From the human T2T-CHM13v2.0 reference genome, Homo sapiens: a stretch of 64,000 nt of DNA. Under the pieces are notes generated by a model. That model worked only from the letters and a program-made list of their open reading frames with translations, was not told the DNA's origin and ran no database searches. The position numbers and the translations under genes are program-made. How positions within the stretch are numbered: the stretch's first letter is position 1; every line of letters starts with the position of its first letter. The DNA lies in assembly GCF_009914755.1 (NCBI RefSeq), contig NC_060933.1; one strand, 5' to 3'. Shown here piece by piece: positions 52,685 to 64,000 of the stretch.

Positions 52685-54534
52685 TTATATTCTTAAATTC
52701 AAAAAACATGATTATTTCAGCTTTTTTTTTTTTGGCTGTGATGTCTAACATAGATGTAAATCTCTTTTACAGTTCTGTGTTGGATAGAGTACTGAATGTG
52801 GGACTAGTTGGTGTAAAGGTATTGTCTTTATGAAGCTTTTGATAAAAATTTTTAACTAATTTGCACAATCTTCATCTGTGAATGAGAGTACCAGTCTCAC
52901 TATGTCATCAATAGCAATACTTATCCTCAAAAAATATAACTTTTCCATTTTAAAGGCATTATATTTTATTCCATTTAGCACCTGTGTCATCCACAGAAAT
53001 TCAAGTCAGGGCATTCTCCCTGGAATAAATGTGGCTAGTGAAGGAGGCAAGGAGTCATGTTCTATTTAACTACAGTATCTGAATAGACTATGTCTACATC
53101 TTAATGGCACCAACCCCTCAACCATACCATCCCCACTGTCTATCGCCCCTGCACACTACTCTGCCCCTATATTGTCTGTCTTTCTAGTTCTGAGCAACTG
53201 TCATATTCTTACACCATCTACCTACCACATAGACTGGAGCAAAGTAAGTTAGAGCTTGGGTTAGAGGCATGGTATATTCACTGCTCTTCATTGACTAACA
53301 TTCTCTTACTATTTGCTAACTTGAAACAGAGCAAATTCTTAATGGTTAGTACATTTGATTTAACTTCCTTGATAAAGTAAAGCTTAATAACATTAGAAAT
53401 TAAGACACTCTTATAGTCATCAGGAGCTGATCAGTACACAGTTACTTTGACTTATCACAATACTAGCTGTATATTAGCAAATTGTTCCTGCTTTTTTCTC
53501 TTCATCTCTCAAGGTGGAATAAATAACTGTAAGAAACTTCATATATATAAAACACTGATGTTTATTATTTGTATTTCTTTGAATAGATGAATTTCAGAAT
53601 GTTCATATTTTATTAGGTATTTGTAATTCTGTGAATTTTTGTATCCTTTGCTCTATTTCCTATTGGAATTTCTCTTTTTTTCCCCTTATATAAGCTCTTG
53701 TGCACTATATGTAGTAGCCAGTTCAAATTCCTAACCAATACGTACCCTTAAATTCTGTTTGGCAAATAATAGTTCTACCTTATTTCTCACGTTTATGTGT
53801 GAACTCTATTTGTGTAAGATTCCTGGTTATTTTTTAACCCATTTCTTTCAAAGGGAGAAGAAGCATTGTAATCCAATTGATGAGTTTGGGAGCACAATCT
53901 TGGGCATATATAGCCTGACCCCCTTTTCAAGTTTTTTCTTTGGCAGCAAACTTCCCCACAGTGAGACAAGAGGCATAAGTTGTTTTTTGCTCTTTTACAC
54001 TGTAAGTTCATCAGAGGCAGACACCATAAGGGAAGGCCTGAGTCACTCTAAGACTGCCTGTGCATGGATGGATATATCTGCCTAACTTAGGGGACCCATG
54101 TTAGTAAATTCACCTGCCCACCACTGTCCAGCAACATTCTACAACCTCAGTTTAATAATGATAAAGATGATATTTTGGCCTCTATCCTATTGACTCATCT
54201 TCTTTATTGTTCATTTGGTTCAGAAGTTGACCAGAGTAGAGGTGTCTTATTTATTGAGCCCCTGAATTCCAATTATTTGTTGTTTGCTTCTTAACGATGT
54301 TTTTATAATACAAAATATCTTAATATTTGTAAAGTCAAATCTCTTGATGCTTTCTTTTATTCCTCACATTGATTTTATTCTTAAAAAATATTTCCCCAAG
54401 TCAAGATCATTCAGATTTATCTATATTTTTATCCACCTATTGCGTAGTTTGGTTTTTGTTGTTCAAATCCATGTGGAATCAGTTTTTGTACATGATGTGA
54501 GGATTTCTTTTCTGAATAGTTAAGAAAGCATCCT

Positions 54535-56535
<2,001 letters not shown>

Positions 56536-56687
56536 GATTTTTAATAGCCATTATATAGAAATTAAATCAATTGATTTTTGTATATAGATCTTGTATCCTG
56601 TTTTGAAAAAAAAAAAAAGATCCTGGTGCAACTTTTCCAAATAATCCTTTCTATTCACAAAATTGTGATAACTTTATCATATACCAA

Positions 56688-56835
56688 ATATGTATGTATA
56701 TGTTGTATATACACGCACACACAACACATACATAATGGTACATGACATATATAGACATATATATATACACATACATGTACACACAGATATATGTGTATAT
56801 ATGCATGTAAGTGTGTGCATACATATTAGTATATG
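56688..56835. repeat. Mixed (TA/CA/TG)n low-complexity microsatellite
   Basis: Alternating purine-pyrimidine run seen directly. Confidence 0.85.
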
Positions 56836-57825
56836 TCATTTTTCTGGGCTATCAATCATACATGCTGTTGGTTCTTTTGCCAAAGTTTTATTTTACAAAT
56901 TACCATAGCTACATTTTTTTAAATCAGGTAACAAAAGTTCTACTTTGCAAGGTCTGATTATGAGGATACATGTTATGATAAAATACCATCTTTCAACAAT
57001 CAAGTTTGTAAGCAAATATTTAAATGAATTTTCCAGAATAAACTTTTATGTAACTGTGATCTTTAAACATTGCTCACGTGTATGAGGAATGAGAAGCCTG
57101 ATGCCTGTGAGTCAGGCTGTGGACTGTACTATGGCTCGTGCCACCAGCTGGCCTATTGCATGACAGAGAATGGTCTCCACAAGTCACAAATTACATCTGT
57201 TTATGCTTCTATTTGTTAGACAATCTGGCACCGGGAACAGCTGAGCAGAAGGATTTGAAAACAGCTTGTTTGATTGATGTATCTAGAGTTATCTCTAAAT
57301 CCAAATAAAATGTTAAGTGCTATCAAGAAATCATAAATCAGGCATGTCTCTCTTTGAGCTATGAGAAGTTCTTGCTAAAGCTTTTATGACACCCATTTGA
57401 AAGAAATACAATTGGCTTGTATTCAAAATAGGATTTAGGCCTGTGTGTACCACACGATTAATTAGGTCACATTTTTAACCCGATTCAGCTGTGAGATATA
57501 GCACAGGGCCTAGCATGTAAGTCATGGTGATGGAAAAGGTTGGAACTAGAGTTTTCAACCAGGTAAGAGAAATGTAGAGAGCATCAGGTACAAATGCAGA
57601 AGGTGGTTGATACTAATGAGTATGTTCGAAGAGTAGTTGTGATCAATGACCTCTGTTTACGGGGAGCAAGACGCCAATCAGAACAGGCAACAACACAGGG
57701 AAGCTGAGTGCCAACTACTAGGACATCACTTTGGCGGGATCCCAGCACTGAATCTTCATCAGTTATGACAAGAAAATTTTACATGCTTATGTCTGTGAAA
57801 ACTCTAAATGCCCAGGAGACAGTAG

Positions 57826-58173
<348 letters not shown>

Positions 58174-58187
58174 ATTTCTGTATGTGT

Positions 58188-58670
58188 TGTATTAGGTGTT
58201 GCCAATTAATATCAGCTCTGACTAACTTAGGCTGAAAAGGAATTACTAGAAGACTGTTGTGAAGTTTATAGTATCAACAGGAAGGCTAGAGAATAAAACT
58301 TGAAAAAATGGGTAAAAGCCAAGGAAAGCTAGGTGGGAGGCACAACAGTTTAGTCAAAGTCATGCCTAGGAGCAGATGGGCTCTGGTGACATCTTGTCAC
58401 CAATACTGCTGCTCCAGACTCGGCTGCTGCTGTGCACCATGACAGTGAATGTATTCTCCAGTGCCTTTTTGCTTTGGCTTGACTTACTCAAGAGTCAATG
58501 CCATGGTCAGGAGCATCCCATTGGCTGATCCTGGTCACGTGCCCACCTGGCTTTGCCTGCAAGGGGAAGAGATCTGGAACCTTCAGCTTCTTTAATGTAA
58601 GGCTGGATTTTGACTTCTTCTCAAGTCCCCAAGTGTGGGAGGGGAGAAGTTCTGGATGTTAAGTAGCAAA
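58188..58670 (-). mobile_element. Old MLT1 LTR
   Basis: ggagcatcccattggctga..ggtcacgtgcccacc motif. Confidence 0.55.
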
Positions 58671-61614
58671 AAGTACACACACACAACCATACGCACACAA
58701 ACATATATATACTATAACTGAAATTTTAACATTTTGAATACTTATTACTCACGTAATAAAATTTTGTTTCTTTTTTTTATAATAATTTACTTTTATTTTT
58801 CTTAAGGTCTATTTTTTCCACTTTTGATGAAAGAGTCTCTTCTGTTCATTCATTCTTTTGTTAAAGGCCTAATACATCTCCCTATAAGTAGGGTGCCTGG
58901 ATTCCCCTTATATTTTCCCATACTTCACTTGAGTCTTCATAATGAAGCCTAATCTCTAACTCCTTCATCCAGTAGCCCAGATTGAGTGCATAGTGATCTG
59001 GGGCCGTAGGTAGTCCTGGCAGGTACATCTCATTTCAGGAGAGTTTTTCATCTGTGTCTCTCAACACTTATCTAACGGTGCGAAATCATTTATGGCTGTA
59101 CCCCATTCCTGGTGCAGTATATGAAAAACTATGAGAACCGAATGAAAATGTGCCTCCTGCAGGAGATCGTTCCTCACCTGCCTTCATCAACCCCCAGTTT
59201 TAGCATTCTGAACAGTTAGTGACCTAGACCTCGACAAAAGTTTTCCAATGTCACCCTTGCCAGCAGCCAGTGACTTGATAAAGCCATCTATGGCCCAGAC
59301 CTCATGGGATAGCTACTCCTGAATCCCGTTACACTCTCGATAGGCAGCTACAGCACTGAAGTCTGGTGAGCAGGCAGCCTCTGCCAAAGGCCCTCAAAGA
59401 ACGAGATTTTCCTCTGATTGGGTGGTCCATTACTTATCCAAGTCCTAGACTAGATAAATAATGGTATCTATGACGTTCAAAATCTCTTGTTAATTTTTGA
59501 AAGGTTCTGCTTTCTAAGGTAAGTGATTTGCAAGCCAGTCCTGCTCAGCCTTCTTCATACATGTCTCATCTGCCCTGTAAGTAACAGAAATTCTAGCATT
59601 TGGATGGTTCCCTAGTTTCTGATGTGAATGTAGTCATTTCACCATTTTCTGGGTGATTTCACTAGTTACTGGGGGAGAACATGTAAAATATCTGTCTGTT
59701 GTCAACTGGCCACTTTCCTCCAGAACGCAAACCGATACCAATTTGTTCTCTGATTTTATTTCACCTCTTTGAATCCTTGTCTCATGACTTGCACTTGGCA
59801 TTCAGGGAAAGGTACAAGGGAAAAACAGACTAGGCCAGAAAAGACATGGCATGTATCTCTCAGATCCTGACATCTTGTAGGCTGTTTTCTGTGAGCTCTG
59901 CTGCTCTCCCTGCCTTCACATCTACCCAGTTAACAACTGCTTAGTTCAAGCACTGTCCTCTCTTTGTGGGGCGGGGTGGTCATCTCAGACTGCCCCCATG
60001 ATTGCCTAACTCCTGTAAGTGCCCATACTCTGTTCTCCCAAGAGCTCTAAACATGCCTAACACTTATTGCACTCTCTCATAGTTGTTGATATAGTCACCC
60101 ATCTCCCTAGCCAGACTGTGAGTTCTCTGGTAGAGACTAATCCACCTGTCACCGCATTCCTGGCGTCAAGTTCAGTTAGTTAAATGAATAAATAGGTTTG
60201 GAAAAGAGATGGGAAAGAAAAGAAGAAAACAATTTATTAGAATATCTAGATTTTTTTCTAAATTGGTAACATTCAAGATTAATCATGCTTTGACAGTTTG
60301 GAAGAACAAAAGTGAAGAATAAAGAAAGAACTAAACTGTGATACTGATAGCCTTATTGTTTCTGCTCTGTTAAAAGTATAGTACATGTGTTGGAAGTGAA
60401 CTTACTGATTGTGAATAACTAATAATAGAAAATAATGATAGAAACATATCTTCTGATGACAGTTTCTGTATAATTCCCATTTCTTTATAATAAATACACT
60501 GTTCTTCAGTGGTAGAAAAACTAATTGTTCGCTGTGAAAATGCTACCCATTAGCATCACTGTTCCTAAACAATATACAGTCTTCTCTTATATGGCTCTCA
60601 GCTGCACGCTGCCTGGAAGATACTTTAGACATGAGCCAGCTTTTTACATATAACAAATGCCCAGTAAGAGGCACTTAGAATTCCAGTTGGACTGAACTTG
60701 CCCCTTCTCCAGAGGGCACATAAATGAATACATACAAGGAAATCCCCTCCCATCATGCACACACATATGCCCGCACGCAATCCTCGGAGCAGCTGTGTTA
60801 TATTATAAATTGGAGGCCTTTTGTTAGTTCAGATGTTTCAGGTCTGCAAAGGCACTCTGGAGAAGAAATAAATATTATGAGTAAGTCTCGTTTCCATGCT
60901 TGTAGTGGGGAAATACTTTCCAGCACAGTTTACTACGGTTTTATACTAAAACAATCTCGTAAAACAATACCAGCATTACTCACTCAGCACATGACTGCTA
61001 AGACAAGAATGGTGTCTGTTTTATTCCCTAAATATTCAAAACATTATTTCATTCAGACTCTGTCCCAGATAGACTTTCTTTTCAGTAAAACTAACCAGAA
61101 TAATCATGGATTGTGTGCTCACTAAATCTATTATTCTTTTTTTAATATAAAATAATTCGTCTTTTTTCCCACTTTACCAAATATTGCATATTTATAAAAC
61201 TTCACCAATAAGAGAGATCCAATACAAGCATTTAAAGGAAAGGCAGCTTGGAGCTGGGTGGGAGCTCAATCTGGAATCCAGGTCATTCCATTTAAGGATC
61301 TGGTCTTCTGCTTTGAAGGCTCAGGATCTGAAGTTGCTTATAAGCTTGGTAACAAGAAGAGAAGGTACTGGAGATAGGTATAAATGCACATTTATTAATT
61401 TATAAGGGGAGAGGACTCATAATAATCAGTATACTAAAAGTCTACATAATAAGTGCATTCTCCTCTTATTGTCAAACTATACATGAAGCCAACTGATAAG
61501 ATTTTATTAAATATGAAGTCAGAATAAGGGTACACAGAGAAATTTATTTTAATGGCACTGGCCTAAGAGAGATATATTTATCTCCCTATGAGATCTTGTC
61601 AAAGGGATTAGAAA

Positions 61615-61975
61615 CACTTTGCCATGCTCTTACCAAAGCCTGGCACATTCTCCCACCCCCATTCTCTGCTTACTTTTAGTAATCCATTTAATCTTAGCTT
61701 AATTATCACTTTCTTAGAGAAACCATTCCTAGTCTTCTTATCTAAGAAGGGGCCCTGATGTATACTCCAGAGCACTCTGTAATTTTCTTTTGTAACACTT
61801 GTCTCAATCTGTAGCTCTACATTTATTTGTTGTTTTAAGTTTTGTCTGCCTCTAGATTGTAAGCTCCAGGAGAGCACGCGTATTTGTTTTGAGCTCTACT
61901 ATTCTCAGCATCTAGCACAGTGCCTGGCATAGCTAGGAGCATTCAGTACACATTTGTTGAATGAATACATGAATG
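61615..61975 (+). mobile_element. L2 3' end
   Basis: tagattgtaagctccaggag..tctagcacagtgcctggcatag..tttgttgaatgaat. Confidence 0.8.
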
Positions 61976-61984
61976 TACAAGGTA

Positions 61985-62245
61985 GCGGCTGAGAGCACAG
62001 GTGCTGGATTCAGGCTTCCTTAATTGAAATAATTTCTCTGCTTCTTAATAACCACGTGAGGCTGCAAATTACAAAATTAGTTTCCTTATCTGTAAAATGA
62101 GAAAATGATAGTATAATACCTACCTCATAGGTATTATACCATCTAATGAGGATTAAATTCCAATGAGGATTAAATAATAGATACAAAATACTTGGAACAG
62201 TCAGTGATTGGCACAGAGTAAGCACTCAAGCAGAGTTAGCTGTTA
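61985..62245 (+). mobile_element. MIR
   Basis: tagtttccttatctgtaaaatga..tacctacctcatagg..tgaggattaaat..tggcacagagtaagcactcaa. Confidence 0.8.
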
Positions 62246-62467
62246 ATATCATCTTACAAAGAATAATTCTAAGAAAAGTCGAAAGCCTAATTTCTAAAAC
62301 TCAGCTTTCTTGGGACGTTACTGGAATAGTACTATCAATACTAACCTCTGGAGATATTTATTTATGTTTCCAAGGTTTAATAGAACCACCTTTTTTATTA
62401 TAAAATTCTTAAATTAAATAAGTGACTATTAAAACAGATTATACCAAAGCCCTTTCAGCATGAAATA

Positions 62468-62741
62468 ATTTTTTTATTATACTTTAAGTTCTGGGATACA
62501 TGTACAGAATGTGCAGGTTTGTTACATAGGTATACACATGTCATGGTGGTTTGCTGCACTCATCAACCCGTCAACTACATTAGGTATTTCTCCTAATACT
62601 ATCCATCCCCTAGCCCCTCAACCCTTGACAGGCCTCGTGTGTGATGTTCCCCTCCCTGTGTCCATGTGTTCTCATTGTTCAACTCCCACTTATGAGTGAG
62701 AACATGCGGTGTTTGCTTTTCTGTTCTTGTGTTAGTTTTCA
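62468..62741 (-). mobile_element. 5'-truncated L1PA7/8-like 3' end
   Basis: ttattatactttaagttctgggatacatg..; TSD catgaaata (62459-62467 / 62742-62750). Confidence 0.9.
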
Positions 62742-64000
62742 CATGAAATATATTTTATCTTATTTTCACAATGTTTTGAATGTACTGATGTGTACTGATC
62801 TATTATGCATAGATTTCAGAACTTAACTCTGATGGCAACTGTGTTCTTATTTCCAAGTTGTTGGGAGGGACATCTCTGTAACAGTGAACTATGAACAACA
62901 ATATTACAGGTGGAAATCATAAAATTTAGAAAGGAAAAAATAAGAACATAATAACTATATATATGTTCTATAACATATAACTATATAATAACTTTTTTAT
63001 TTTATAAAAAAGAGGTGGTCATTATTGTATTTGTTTTATATTGTTGTAAGGGCTTTACTATGGGGTAAAACACCTTATTTAACAATTATATATTATTATG
63101 TTGTAAGGCAAATCTTGGTTGTTAAGTTGGCTGTATAGTTGTTAAGAGTCTTACTCTCTGGCTCATTCATTCAACATTTATTGAGTGGCTAATAGGGCTG
63201 GTTTATGACATTTTGGATTTGCACTAAAGCATGGTACAAACAAGATTCTGTTTTTTGATAAATTGGTATTTTGATCATCACAACTTTTATCAATTATTTT
63301 TTATGTATTACGTCTGTTATTTTCAATGACAAAATACTGACAACAATAATATATGAAAATGCATTGCTAAAATGACCAAAGTAAGGGCAACCACCCTTTT
63401 CAAATTTTCTTATCCTGTATATACCTGTAGTGCACCCTCTGGTCATTAGCTGTAGCTGCTACTCAAAGAGCTTATTTTCATTCACAATTGAGCATCTTTT
63501 ACCTGGAATTAAAATATTCATTTCAAAACATCTTCTTTTCTTTCCTTTGAGGACATTATAATACTTAATCCTAAATCGGGACTTTAGGAAGTGGCTTTCT
63601 ATATTTGAGCCTTAATTTGTTCACCTTCTCACTTGTTGGAATCTCCATCCTTTTATTTTCTCACATAGGGGCTCTGCTGTTTTCAGTCCCTAAGACAAGG
63701 TTATATCCTGTGTCCACATGAATATCCCACAGATTAAACTAGTGCACTGTCCTCAGAATTGAATCAAACTCAAATATCTTGTACAATTACTCATCTGTTA
63801 TTCACTTTCTCCTTATCAAACAAAAAGGACTTATAAAAACTATAATTTGTATACTTGAATTATCAATTATAGAGAGATGTGTTAAAAATCTTCCACAATG
63901 GTTATAGATTTGCCATTTTCTCATAGTAATTTTATAAACTTTTCTTTATATTTTATAATGACTATATTATTAGGTACACATACCTACAATATATGATAGC

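Noticed and set aside
60724-61125. 133-aa ORF in unique DNA with a TATA-like motif inside
   Set aside because: No recognisable domain or coding-like composition; the length is compatible with chance.

Overview
AT-rich primate (very likely human or hominoid) genomic DNA dominated by transposable elements. I can support no intact protein-coding gene. The ORFs with recognisable similarity are fragments of L1 ORF2, the Hsmar1 transposase, MaLR internal sequence or Alu read-throughs; the rest look like chance ORFs. Main content: a deleted older L1PA (3140-9543) carrying a nested MSTA MaLR provirus; solo LTRs (LTR8, LTR10, MLT1, MER34-like, MER74-like); a near full-length Hsmar1 mariner; 5'-truncated L1PA4/5/7-like copies; ten Alus plus a FLAM; MER5, MER8 and MER96-like DNA transposons; and old L1M, L2, MIR and CR1 remnants. 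I found no new multi-gene biological system. The notable signals are small. They include a TSD-flanked ~140 bp retrocopy of a polyadenylated 3' end, an ~80 bp twin-primed L1 micro-insertion, an L1 with a short 3' transduction and an LTR10 AP-1 tandem array. There are also two adjacent template-switch hairpins, a deletion starting at the Hsmar1 right end, and several tandem duplications. Subfamily names come from recalled consensus sequences and need RepeatMasker/Dfam confirmation; boundaries of old repeats are approximate.
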